Below, piece by piece: positions 35,165 through 47,721 of a stretch of DNA of 64,000 nucleotides. Source of the stretch: Cetorhinus maximus (lineage: Eukaryota); the NCBI RefSeq assembly GCF_964194155.1, contig NC_135901.1, forward strand, positions 27,962,001 to 28,026,000. Reading direction: 5' to 3'. Numbering within the stretch: the stretch's first letter is position 1; every line of letters begins with the position of its first letter. The notes below the pieces were generated by a model. The model made no database searches. It was not told the DNA's origin and saw only the letters and a list, made by a program, of their open reading frames with translations. A program made the position numbers and the translations under genes.

Positions 35165-35790
35165 AGATCTAAAATAAATACAGACAGTGCAAGAAAAACT
35201 CAGCAGGTCTGGCAGCATCTTTGTAGAGAGAAACAGAGTTAACGTTTCCAGTCCAATATGACTCTTCCTGAGAACTTCAGAGAGAGAAATGTGATGGGTT
35301 TAATGGTGTGGTGAAAAGGGGGAGGGTCAGGGAGAACAAAAGGGAAGGTCAGGGATTGGTTAGAGGGCGGGCAAGATTAAATAACAAAAATGTCATGGAA
35401 CAAAAGGGAAAGGGATAGGTAATGGTTGCGGTAAAGAAACAAAGCATTGGTCCAGAGTAAGTGTTAATGGCAGAATAAAGGACAGCTCCGTTTGAAAGAA
35501 AAAACTTGAAAACAAGATGCAGACTGGCACTTGGGAAAAAAAATCAAAACAGAGAACAGAGTTGACAGTCTGAAGTTGTTGAACTCAATGTTGAGTCCAG
35601 AAGGCTGTAAAATGCCTCATCGGAGGATGAGGCGCTGTTCATCCAGCTTGTGTTGGGGTTCTCAGGAACATTGCAGCAGGCCGAGGACAGAAATGTGAAC
35701 ACGAGAGCAAGGTGGTGAATTATAATGGCAGCAACTGGAAGGTCAGGGTCATGCTTGTGGACTGAGCACAGGTGTTCCACAAAGAGGGCA
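35165..35790 (-). mobile_element. Old Penelope 3' remnant downstream of gene G
   Basis: Mirror of 28995-29620; eroded hammerhead at 35237-35276. Confidence 0.7.
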
Positions 35791-36710
35791 GCAAACAGGG
35801 GACAGATGAATTAAAGAGAAGCCATTTGGGTCCAGAACATTGTGCACATCCTTTTACTCTGTTTGTCTTTGATGCTCAAGTAATTTTCTGTTTTTTTAAC
35901 CATGTTCTGCTTCATTAATAAACTTTTATCAGTAAAAATATTTGATTTTTCTGAATTTTTCATGATGAGGTTTATGCACTTTAGGGAAAGTGGGTGAGAG
36001 GGTTTGGCAGGCTCTTTAACAGAAAGTCAGACCCTCTAAGGTAATTGGCAAAGGAGCCAGAGGGGAGATGAGATTTTATTTTTTGATGCAGCAAGTTGTT
36101 CTAATCAGCCTGAAAGCAAATTCAATAATATCTTTCCAAAGGGTAAATACTTGGAAGGGAAGAATTTGCAGGGCTGTGGGGAAAGAGCAGAGCAGTTGGA
36201 TGAATCAGAGTCCTTTCAAAGAGGTGGCAGGGGCATGATGGGCTGAATGGACTCCTTCTGCAGCCTGTGAATCTGAGCCTCCTGCTTTTGTGCAGGTTAA
36301 AAGGGACAGATTTCATTTCAGCCTCTTCCCTATATCTGTATTTAAAGAGACGGGTTTCTGTTCAGCTCTGAGTGACCGACTTAACAATGTCTCCACTCCT
36401 CTATATTTAAACATGGAACAAAGCCTTGCATGGCCGATTAGAATCAACAGCCTTCCTGTAGCTCCCACTGGACGCAGCAAGAAAGTGTTTGACTGCTTAA
36501 CAATAGCAACATCCCCTGAAAATAATTCAAACACCACAACAAAAACAACCTGCATTTATATAGCACCTTTAATGCAGTAAAACTTCCCAGGGAGCTTCAC
36601 ATAAGCGATTATCAAACCAAATCTGACACTGAGCCACATAAAGAGATATTAGGTCAGGTGACACAAAGCTCGGACAAAGAGGCAGGTTTTAAGGGAAGTC
36701 TTAAAGGAGG

Positions 36711-36852
36711 AAAAATAAAATACCTGGAAAAACTCAGCAGGTCTGACAGCATCTGGGAAGAGGAACACAGTTAACGTTTCGAGTCAGTATGACTCTTCAA
36801 CAGAACTAAGGAAAAATAGAAGAGAGGTGAAATATAAGCTGGTTTAAGGGGT
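36711..36852 (-). mobile_element. Penelope tail fragment inserted in L2, hammerhead-like motif at 36769-36807
   Basis: Minus strand AGTT-CTGTTGA-A-GAGTC-ATACT-GACTC-GAAAC-GTT-AACT; absent from the left arm. Confidence 0.7.
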
Positions 36853-37144
36853 TTTACTTTTATCTTAAAGGAAGAAAGTGAGGTAGGGAGTCGGAGAGGT
36901 TTAAGGAGGGAATTCCTGAGCTTGGGACACAAGCAGCTGAAGACACAGCAGCCAATGGTGGAGCGATTAAAATCAGGGATACTCCAGAATGAGAGGAGCA
37001 CAGATATTTCAGAGGGTTGGAGGGATGGAGGAGATTACAGAGATGGGGAGGGGTGAGATCATGGAGGGATTTGAAAAGAATGGGCCCGATTTTAACTCAT
37101 TCAAAATCCCATTCACTTTTACAGAGGTAAAATCGGGCTCATCG

Positions 37145-37825
37145 AGTCTGCACTGACACGTGAGAAACACCTGACCTCCCTACCTAATCCCATTTACCAG
37201 CACTTGGCCCATAGCCTTGAATGTTATGACGTGCCAAGTGCTCATCCAGGTACTTTTTACAGGATGTGAGGCAACCCGCCTCCACCATCCTCCCAGGCAG
37301 CGCATTCCAGACCGTCACCACCCTCTGGGTAAAAAGGTTTTTCCTCACATCCCCCCTAAACCTCCTGCTCCTCACCTTGAACTTGTGTCCCCTTGTGACT
37401 GACCCTTCAACTAAGGGGAACAGCTGCTCCCTATCCACCCTGTCCATGCCCCTCATAATCTTGTACACCTTGATCAGGTCGCCCCTCAGTCTTCTCTGCT
37501 CCAACGAAAACAACCCAAGTCTATCCAACCTCTCTTCATAACTTAAATGTTTCATCCCAGGCAACATCCTGGTGAATCTCCTCTGCACCCCCTCCAGTGC
37601 AAACACATCCTTCCTATAATGTGGCAACCAGAACTGCACACAGTACTCCAGCTGTGGCCTCACCAAGGTTCTCATCAACTCCAACATGATCTCCCTACTT
37701 TTGTAATCTATGCCTTGACTGATAAAGGCAAGTGTCCCATATGCCTTTTTCACCACCCCACTAACATGCCCCTCCGCCTTCAGAGATCTCTGGACACACA
37801 CGCCAAGGTCCTTTTGTTCCTCAGA
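37145..37825 (-). mobile_element. Relatively young 5'-truncated CR1 (ORF2 C-terminus)
   Basis: Open frame QKDLGV...VRPQLEYCVQFW...LEQRRLRGDLI...GYGPSAGKWD; splits the L2 remnant of the right arm. Confidence 0.85.
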
Positions 37826-38891
37826 AATCCAGGCATTGGTTCGACGGGAGCCAATGTCGGTCAGTGAGCACAGGGGGTGATAGGTGAACGGACTGAGTGT
37901 GAATGGGGACACTTTATTTGCAGATTAACAGAGTAAGCACTGTACTTGAATCAATGTTATTAACGGATGGAATTGAATCAAGGGTCAGATTAACGATATC
38001 ACAATAACCCAGCATCAGCTCAGTCTGCTTAATACAGAACAGGGTTACACCCAGTGTCCAATATTAGAGGCGGCTGTGGCTGTTGGACGCCTAGTTTCAC
38101 TGTCCAGCTGTCAAGCCCACAGCTTCGGAGAACGAGTCTACCCAGGGTATGTTTCTAAAGCCTCCTCACAACACATTGCCTGGTTAGCTCCCAGCTGAGA
38201 GAATTCTTGCTGCGTTTAAGGATGCTCTCTTCCTTCTGGCTTGGTCAGTTGTGGGGGATCTGCCTCCTGGAGGGTTCATGTGTGTGTTCATTGGGCTCCG
38301 GTTCCCCGGCCCCACCCCCACTCCCACTCTAATCTCACTGGCTTCCATCCCTCATCGACCCAACCCTGTGCAGAGCGCAGCAAAGACAGGAGCACGGAGT
38401 GGAGGTGTCGATCAGCCATGAGATGACTGAGTGGCAGAGGAGGTCCCCTTCCTAATCTTCCCAGGCTGCGTGTTTTAATGGGGACTGGGACCTGTTCTAA
38501 TGTTTGTCTCTCTCTCTCCTCTCAAAGACTTGATCAGGTTTACATAAAGCTTTCCCATCTCAGATACACATCAGACCCATTTCATCCCCATTTTATTGAC
38601 CTGATCCAGGCTTGACTTGTTCATTAACTAAACCCCTTCTTACGTTCCAGGTCTGAATAATAAACAGCGGACATGCCAGATTAAACTGGCTTTCCTTTGG
38701 GTCCCTCCCAGCTATTGGTTCTCTTACCCAGATATCAAAACAGAATTGGATGGGCACTTGAGGGAAATAAACTTGCAGGGGTACGGTGTTAGGACTGGAG
38801 AATGGGACTAACTATACTGTTAAAAAGAGGATCAGCATGGACTTGATGGGTGGAACGGCCTCCTTCTCTGCCCTAATGACTCTATGACTCT

Positions 38892-40047
38892 CGTTCCGAT
38901 TCCTGTAGACACCGGTAACTTATTAAATGAAATGAATCCCTACGACACCAATGGAAAGAAAACCCAAAGACAAGATTTCACCTTTTAAAACTTTTACTGT
39001 AATAAACCAACTAAAATCAACACAAACATTAATTAACAGGCAATGGATATTTAAAAGAAAAGGGGAAATTTCACTTTAAATAGTCGAAAGAACAAAGATA
39101 CACCTCAGGTTGTTATAGGCACCCACATTACTTCCTACACACATGTTGCACCCTGGGCAATCTCACAGTCTTTCCAATTGCCCTCCGTATGTCAGATCTC
39201 TCACTTTCCACTGAATGGATTTGGCCCTGGAGTCACGTTCACCGGTACCATTATTCTATCCGAGGTCCCCGAATACGGTGAACACCAACAAAGTGCACGT
39301 CTGCAAATGCTCTCTCTCTCTCTCGAGTCATGACAGTCCTGATGTCACAGAATCCCCAGAGATTCCCTTCTTCAACCCCTTTAAAAGGTCTGGTTTGCTC
39401 TGGCAAAACAAATAGAAGCAAGGGATTTTTTCCAATCCAGAACCCCCTGCTCTCCTTGTCTTCAGCTCTCTGCTCTCTGTCCTTTCCAGCTGTATAACAC
39501 GCAGGGTATCACAGTCCCTACTCTATCCTGAGAGCCCTGCTTCAACACCAGGTTCTGTTTTGAACTGCTGCTTATTTTCTTGACTGTGTCTGTCATTTGC
39601 CTCTGTAACTGAACCTGCTTCAGCAGGGCTCAAACTGTAATTCAATCTGCAATTCGCTGTCTGTTTACTCTTGGCTTCTGAGCTGTTCATCCCCGTAGTG
39701 ACCGCATGGGTATTTCTTGAAATTAATGACCTCAGAGCCAGGAAATCAATTACTCCTCCTTCAGAAAAATCCCCAGTTTCACTTTGGGTTTAAAGGGGAC
39801 ATTGCCTGAGAAAAAACATCCTTTTCCCAGGTACATGGGAATGTCACATGCTCCCCCACACCACCCCTGAAAAACCTGACTGAGGTAAGGAAGTTTCCAC
39901 AATCCTTTTCAAACTACAACACATTTTACCAAGATAAAACACTGTAACAACTACCTTTTTACACACTGTGCAGATAATGTTTTCCCTTTGTCACATTTAA
40001 CAATTAAATATATCACCTTGGCAACACAACAAACTTAACTCGTAACA
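38892..40047 (-). mobile_element. Putative solo LTR
   Basis: TCGTAACA at 40040-40047 and degenerate inverted terminus CGTTCCGA at 38892-38899; no TSD seen. Confidence 0.4.
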
Positions 40048-40049
40048 AA

Positions 40050-40480
40050 ACCAACCAGCAGAGGGAGGGCGGTGTGTGGTAACCAGCAGGAGGTTTCCTT
40101 GCCCGTGTTTCACCTGATGCCATGAGACTTCCCAGGGCAACTCCCTCCTGACTGTATACCACTGTGCCGCCACCTCTGCTGGGCCTGTCCTGCAGGAGGG
40201 ACAGGACATACCCAGGGATGGTGATGGTGGTGTCTGGGACATTATCTGTAAGGTATGATTCCGTGAGGATGACCATGTCAGGCTGTTACTTCACTAGTCT
40301 GTAAGACAGCTCTCCCAATTTGGGCTCTAGCCCCCAGATGTAAGGAGGACTTTGCAGGATCGACAGGGCTGGGTTTGCCGTTGTCGTTTCCGGAGCCTCG
40401 CTCGATGCCGGGTGGTCCGTCCGGTTTCATTCCTTTTCATTGACTTTTTAGCGGTTTGATACAATTGAGTGACTCACGAG
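40050..40480 (-). mobile_element. LINE AP-endonuclease fragment
   Basis: VILTESYLTDNVPDTTITIPGYVLS..DRPSRGGGTVVY. Confidence 0.75.
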
Positions 40481-40912
40481 GCCAGAGTCAACCACATTAC
40501 TGCAGATCTGGAGTCATATTTAGGCCAGACCAGGTAAGGACAGCAGATTTCCTTCTCTAAAGGACATTAATGAACCAGATGGGTTTTTACAACAATCGAC
40601 AATGGTTTGTTTCATGGTCCAGATTTTTATTGAATTGAAATTTCACCATCTGCCGTGTCCGGATTCAAACCTGGATCCCCTGAGCATTACCCTGGGTGCT
40701 TGGATTCCCAGTCCAGTGACAATACCACTCGCAACCGCCTCCCCTTATTTATATGGCTAATCCAGTTCAGTTTCTGGTCAATGATGACCCCTAGGATGTT
40801 GACAGGGAAGCTCAAAACTTATGCTCCTCTGAATGAAGACCTGACAGTGCTCGGTACCGGAGAAAATGGTGTTTCCATAACTCCCACTGCTGGTCTCTCT
40901 GTGGGTCCTCGA

Positions 40913-41759
40913 GGCAGGGACTGCTCACCAGGTATGGTCATCGTTATCTCTCTCCAGCGCCTCCTTCAGGACAGGGACTGCTCACCAGGTACAGTCACCG
41001 TTACCGCTCTCCAGCGCCTCCTTCAGGGCAGGGACAGGGACTGCTCACCAGGTACAATCATTGTTACCTCTCTCCAGAATCTCCTTCAGGACAGGGACAG
41101 GGACTGCTCACTAGGTACGGTCATCTTTACCCCTCTCCAGAGTCTCCTTCAGGACAGGGACAGGGACTGCTCACCAGGTACGGTCATCATTACCTCTCTC
41201 CAGCGCCTCCTTCAGGACAGGGACAGGTACTGCTCACCAGGTACGGTCATCACTACCTCTCTCCAGCGCCTCCTTCAGGGCAGAGACAGGGACTGCTCAC
41301 CAGGTATGGTCATCATTACCTCTCTCCAGCGCCTCCTTCAGGACAGGGACTGCTCACCAGGTACGGTCATCGTTACCTCTCTCCAGCGCCTCCTTCAGGG
41401 CAGAGACAGGGACTGCTCACCAGGTACAGTCATTGTTACCTCTCTCCAGAGCCTGCTTCAGGACAGGGACAGGGACTGCTCACCAGGTACAGTCATCTTT
41501 ACCTCTCTACAGAGTTTCATTCAGGACAGGGACAGGGACTGCTCACCAGGTACGGTCATCGTCACCTCTCTCCACAGCCTCCTTCAGGGCAGGGACTGCT
41601 CACCAGATACAGTCATCGTTACCTCTTTCCAGCGCCTCCTTCAGGACAGGGACAGGGAGCTCACCAGGTATGGTCATCATTACCTCTCTCCAGCGCCTCC
41701 TTCAGGACAGGGACTGCTCACCAGGTACGGTCATCATAACCTCTTTCCAGAGCCTCCTT
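40913..41759. repeat. 57/63-bp minisatellite, 14 units, inside an LTR-element leader
   Basis: (GACAGG)1-2 GACTGCTCACCAGGTACGGTCATCGTTACCTCTCTCCAGCGCCTCCTTCAG. Confidence 0.9.
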
Positions 41760-41863
41760 TTCTGCCAGTTTTTTATGAGCTGCTTTCAGAGGTTTCTCCA
41801 CACTGTGGTTCCTTCGATAACACCAATCTGTTTTATACATCGATGTCTCACTTGATGCCACCA

Positions 41864-42139
41864 TGTTCGGAGATGTGTCCTTCTATCTCGGACTCTAGGC
41901 GTGGGATGTGGCTAGCAGACAGACTGTAGACACACTCTGGTATCTGCTAAACACTTGTTTATTAGTACTACCTCCAAACAGGTTACAGAGAATGCACATT
42001 GTTCCAAGGCATAATTCCAACCTCTCTCTCTCTCGCTCTCTCAGAGAGAGAGTCTAACATGTGACTGACTGATGTCAGTGGTACATCATTCACTATGTCA
42101 TCCATTAGCATATCCCATCTGTTAACCCTTTCTACTACA
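41864..42139 (-). mobile_element. LTR (276 bp) followed by a primer-binding site, Gypsy-like
   Basis: Minus strand TGTAGTAG...CCGAACA, AATAAA at 41958-41963, then TGGTGGCA (41856-41863), complementary to the tRNA-Leu 3' end UGCCACCA. Confidence 0.7.
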
Positions 42140-42195
42140 GTTCGATCATGGATGTGATGAACAGCAGCAAGAACAGCAGAATCAAATTCCTATAA

Positions 42196-42786
42196 TCACT
42201 TGTGAACCCACTGGTGCCTCAGCAGGTTGGATACCTGACTGAAGCCCTTCCCACACTCGGAGCAGGTGAATGGCCTCTCCCCGGTATGAACTCGCTGGTG
42301 TGTCAGAAGGTGGGATGAATCACTGAATCGCTTCCCACACTTGGAGCAGATGAAGGGCCTCTCCTCAGTGTGAACTCGTCGGTGTTTCTGCAGTGCAGAT
42401 GAATCAGTGAATCCCTTCCCACATTCGGAGCAGGTGAAGGGCCTCTCCCCGGGGTGAACTCGTCGGTGCGTCAGCAGTTGGGATGACCGACTGAATCCCT
42501 TCCCACACACGGAGCAGGTGAATGGTCTCTTCCCAGTGTGAACTCGCTGATGTATCAGCAGGTAGGATGAATCAGTGAAACCCTTCCCATACTGAGAGCA
42601 GGTGAACGGCCTCTCCCCGGTGTGAACTCGCCTGTGTATCAGAAGGTGGGATGACTGACTGAATTCCTGCCCACACTCAGAGCAGGTGAACGGCCTCTCC
42701 CCAGTGTGTCTGTGTCGATGAGTTTCCAGTGCAGATGGGTTATGGAATCCCTTCCCACAGTCCCCACATGTCCACAGTTTCTCCAT
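42196..42786 (-). CDS. C2H2 ZNF gene H, 196 aa, 7 finger units (one C-to-Y)
   Basis: [17 protein letters not shown]; open frame; acceptor 43136-43137; exon-1 donor 45314. Confidence 0.8.
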   Translation of the reverse strand: MEKLWTCGDCGKGFHNPSALETHRHRHTGERPFTCSECGQEFSQSSHLLIHRRVHTGERPFTCSQYGKGFTDSSYLLIHQRVHTGKRPFTCSVCGKGFSRSSQLLTHRRVHPGERPFTCSECGKGFTDSSALQKHRRVHTEERPFICSKCGKRFSDSSHLLTHQRVHTGERPFTCSECGKGFSQVSNLLRHQWVHK

Positions 42787-43337
42787 GGTGCGGGTGTCCT
42801 GGTGTCTCTCCAGGTTCAATGATCAGTTGAAGCCTCATCCACAGACAGTCTCTCCCGACTGTGAATGGTGCAATGGTATTTTGAGTCTGCGTTACTGGTT
42901 AAAGCTCTTTCCACAGTCAGAGCACAGAAACACTCTCACTCGGGTATGTGTGTCTCGGTGCTTTTCCAGTCCCAGTGATGTTAAAGCCTTATAAGCAGAC
43001 AGAACAGACAAACACTTCTCCTTCCACATTCAAAGGCTGATGATATTCAGGTCCTAATAAATCAAGCGACTCTGTCAGATCTTGACATGACGATTGGTTT
43101 GAGATTTCTGTTGCAAATCCTCCCTTTCTAATATCCTGTAAAAGGAGTTTACAAAAGTCATCACTGTCAGTACAGGATAGAAATTCAGAACAGACAATTC
43201 TAGTTTCTGTGGATCATTCTTTCCTTTTTTACCCCAACAGTCATCCCAGACACTCTTCCTCCATTCTCACTCTACTGGGCCTAACATTCACCCTCCCAGT
43301 TCTCCTGAAGGTGCTGATTCATGCTGATGTACAGATC

Positions 43338-44535
43338 CATACATACAAACGCACAAACATACGAACATACGAATTAGGAGCAGGAGCTGGCCACTTGCCC
43401 CCTCAAGCTTGCTCCATATTCAATAAGATCATGACTGATCTGAATGTAACCTCAACCTCACATTACTGCCCACCCCCAATAACCTTTCACCCCCTTATTA
43501 ATCAAGAATCTATCTAGCTGTGCATTAAAAATGTTTAAAGACTCTGCTTCCACTGCCTTTTGAGGAAGAGGGCTCCAAAGGCTCAACGCCCTCTGAGAGA
43601 AAAAATTTCTCCTCAGCTCTGTCTGAAATGAGCGACCCCTTATTTTTAAAGTGACCCCTAATACTAGATTCTCCCACAAGAGGAAACATCGTCTCCACAT
43701 CCATCCTGCCAAGACCCCTCAGGATTTTAAAGGTTTCAATTAAGTCGCCTCTTACTCTTCTAAATTCCAGTGGATACAAGCCTAACCTGTCCAGCCTTTC
43801 CTCATAAAACAACCCACCCATTCCTGGTATTAGTCCCGTAAACTTTCTCTGAATTGCTTCTAAAACTTTTGCATCTTTCTTTAAATAAGGAGACCATCAC
43901 TGTACACAGTACTCCAGATGTGATCTCACCAGTGCCCTGTACAACTGAAGCATAACCTCCCTACTTTTGTATTCAATTCCCCTCACAATAAATGATAACA
44001 TTCCATTAGCTTTCCTAATTACTTGCTGTGCCTGAATATTACCTTTAGTGATTCATGCACGAGAACACCCAGATTCCTCTGAATTTCAGAGCTCTGCAAT
44101 TTCTCACCATTTAGATTATATGCTCCTTTTTCATTCTTCCTGCCAAAATGAATGATTTCACATTTGCCCACATTATACTCCATTTACCTGATCTTTGCCC
44201 ACTCACTTGACCTATATATGTCACTTTGTAGCCTCCTTACATCCTCTGTACAATTTACTTTCCTACCTATCTTTGTGTCATCAGCAAATCTAGCCACCAT
44301 TCTTTTGGTCCCTTTATCCAATTCATTTATATAAATTGTAAAAAGTTGAGGCCCCAGCACTGATCCCTGTGGCACACCACTCGTCACATCCTGCCAACCA
44401 GAACAAAATTGGTTGAACATGATTTCAATTGAACAAAACCATGTCAACTCTGCTTGATTGCCTTGAATTTTTCTAAGTGCCCTGCTATAACATCTTTAAT
44501 AATAGCGTCTAACATTTTCCCTGTGACAGATATAA
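43338..44535 (-). mobile_element. CR1 LINE 3' portion in the intron of gene H
   Basis: SGVPQGSVLGP, RFADDTK, LEFRRVRGDLIE; microsatellite tail (CATACGAA)n at 43338-43373. Confidence 0.85.
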
Positions 44536-45004
44536 AGTCACTGCTTCAAGTCATGGACACAGAGACCTGAAAATCTTTATGCAGGCTGCTAGCCTTATAT
44601 ATGTGTATATACTGGACCACAAATGTGTGCAATATACACTATATTACTTGATCAGAGATACAGAGGGGATGCATGGAAGAACATTATTTAGGAGCGAGTT
44701 GTAATGACCTCAAAATTGCTGCCTGTAAGGTTGCTGGAAGGGGAGATGATCAATGATGTCAACACAAAATTGTACGGTCACTTGAAGGAAATAAACTTAC
44801 AGGGGAAGGGGGCCAACTGGATTATTATACAGAGAGTCGGCCATGGACTCGCATTGATGAATGGACTCCTTCTGTGCTGTAATGTCTCTATGACTGGAAA
44901 TTTATAACGTAGCAACAATACAATATTAAAACACTAGAAATAATAATCAATTAAATGTATTACAGACCCATAAATAATATATCTAATATGTATCAAATAA
45001 CAAC

Positions 45005-45720
45005 ACTAGGCATATCTCTGTCTTGTATTAATTTACTGTCCCTTTAAATGTCAGCCATCACCTGGGGAAACCACCCCTTTAACTGTGAACATGAAGAAAG
45101 TGACCATCATTTTAGCCAGACAAATAAATATGTCAAGCTGAGGAAGCAAAGGATGTTAATGTCTTTAAGAGAGAGAGAGAGACCTGGGCCAACATTTCCA
45201 GAGTCTGCACCCTCCCTGGATTCACTTCCTTACCCTTCAGTTCCTGCAAGTCAACAATTTGCCCCCAGAATGAGAAAAGAAATGGAAAGGGGGAGAAAAG
45301 AAAGTTTTACTCACAGATGTTGTACACAGGAGGAAATTTTAGTCTGTGAAACTCAATCTTCAATCACACAAAGTCCACGCTCTGACTGGTTGGAGGACAA
45401 GTGTCCTTCCGGTCCTCCAACTATTCCCATTGGTTAATCTCTTGCCTGAAGACAATGGGGAGGCGGAAGGGAAGGGGTGGGGCGGGGTGGTGGGATCGCC
45501 CCCCAGATGCGCCGATTCCCCCTCCCTTGGACATTCGCAGTCCCGGGCCTCCCGTCCACGCGGCGGATAGAGCGGTTTCCCCACCGCGGAGGATTCTGGG
45601 AGCTGCAGCCCCTATTACTCAGCCGGAGCCCAGTCTCCAAACTCCTAGGATTGGGATGGAAAGTGGGGTTGGGGGGGGCGCAGTGACCCCGCCCTGACAC
45701 AAAGTACATGTGGGTAGTTA
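45005..45720 (-). promoter_or_regulatory. 5' module of gene H and CpG-rich upstream core
   Basis: Donor 45314; GC-rich block homologous to 52730-52980 and 62240-62500. Confidence 0.7.
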
Positions 45721-47721
45721 CTGAATTTGATTGTGACGTCCCCTTAGCAAAACAGTTTATTAACTTCAGGTGTCAAGATTTAGACGCTTGGGTGACATAT
45801 TGGGGAGGGCAATTGGTGAGTGTGAAACTGAACCCGGGAGTCAGCACCTTCAGGGGAGGAGAACTGGGGGAAACGCAGGAGGGCGATAATAGGATGAATT
45901 AGTGTTAAGTTAAATATGGAGGAGGGAGTGTGTGGGGGACAGAGACTTATAGCTCGAGAGGGGGTGGGATAGTGGCATTGTCAGTGGACAGGTATTTCAG
46001 AGACCCTGGGTTATTCTCTGGGGACCCGAGTTCGAATGTCACCACGGCAGCTGGCAAAATTTGAATTCAACAAATACCTGGAGTTTAAGGTTTGATGATG
46101 ACAGTGAAACCATTGCCAATTGTTGCAAAAACCCTTCTGATTCCATAAGGAAATCTGCTGTCCTTACCCAGTCTGGCCTACATGTGACTCTCGGCTCACA
46201 GCAATGCGGTTGAGTCATAAATGCCCTCTGAACAAGGGCAATTTGGTATGAGCCACCCACATCACAGAAACGACTGAGAAAAAGGGAGTGGGATGTTCTA
46301 CGACATAATCTTGACCAACTTTATCAATTTCTGTTTCAAAATGATCCTTGGGACCTTGAACTTGAACCCACAATGGACTATGTCAGAGGTAAAGGCCATG
46401 CTGGGCTCAATTATAATGAAAATACAGCACAGAAACAGGACGTTTTGTTACATTGAAGGTGATATATTAATACAGGTTGTTGTTTTATTGAAGGCTGCCT
46501 CTTGAACTCCCTCACTGCACCCTAACTCCAAGACCCCTATGATGAACAGTCTGATCAACAATCTCATTCCCACAGCACAGCACAGCCCAGCCCAGCCATT
46601 CACAGTGAATCTCCTCTCCTCAGGCTCCCTTGTGACTCTGTCCCTGCTCTCTTACTGTGCTGAGTTGATGTGTGAACAAAGCATTTTTGTCTTCAGATTT
46701 TCACTCTGAAAGGTTTAATGCACCAGGAGACGATGAATAGGCTGGGTCACTTCACTCTTGGAAAGACAAGGCTGAGGGCTAATGGAGGTTTTTATAATTC
46801 TGAAAAGTTTTGATAGACACAGAGAATGTTTCCACTTGTCGGAGGGAGAGCAAAATCGGAGGCCATCAACATAAGATAGGGATTGATTAAGCTAATCGGG
46901 AATTCGGGAGAAACTTCTTTCCCAGAGAGTGGTGAGAATGTGGAACTCGCTACCACAGGGAATGGTGGAGGTGAATAACATAGATACATTTAAGGGGAAG
47001 CTGGGTAAACACATAGGGGAGAAATGAACATAAGGATTCACTGAGAGTGAGATGAGAAAGAATGAGATGAGGCTCAAGTGAAGTATAAACACTGGCATGG
47101 ATTGGATGGGCTGAATGGCCTGTTTTTGTGCTGTATATTCAATGTAATTGAACCTGGTATTGCCTTTAACTCTGACATTGTCAATTCCGAGTTAAAGAGA
47201 AATAGTTCAACTCACAGAAGAACATTTCAGCTCATTGTTTCCAGTTATTGTCCAATCACTGCCTCTTGTCAGCCATGTGTCCGAGTGAGGAGCCAAGACA
47301 TTCAACTCAACTACAAACATCTCATGTGATTTGCTCCAATATAACTTGAAGAGCAGATCTTTTGAAATGGACGGAAACTATTTAAATTTACTGGCTCCCA
47401 GTCACTTCCTAAAACAATTATTATTTATCAGCCAGCCTTTTTAATATTGGAGAGTCTGTTTCATCCAGCACAACGCAGCCCACTTTAATGGCAGCCCATC
47501 CGCCACCTTCAATACTCAGTCGCACCACCAGTGCCGTACATGTGGCTGCAGCGTGTACCATCTACAAGATGCACTGCATTGACTCACCGAAGCTCCTTCA
47601 ACATCACCTTCCAAACCCACTACTTCTACCATCTCGAATAGCAACAGACACATGGGAACAGCATCTGTTGAGATTCCCCTCCGAGTGGCGCACCATCCTC
47701 ACTTGGATCTCTATTGCTCAG

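Noticed and set aside
38940-38952. TGGTGTCG as a primer-binding site
   Set aside because: Not directly preceded by an LTR-terminal CA and lies inside the putative LTR.
40913-41759. CRISPR-like array
   Set aside because: Eukaryotic context, contiguous tandem units without unique spacers, no cas genes.
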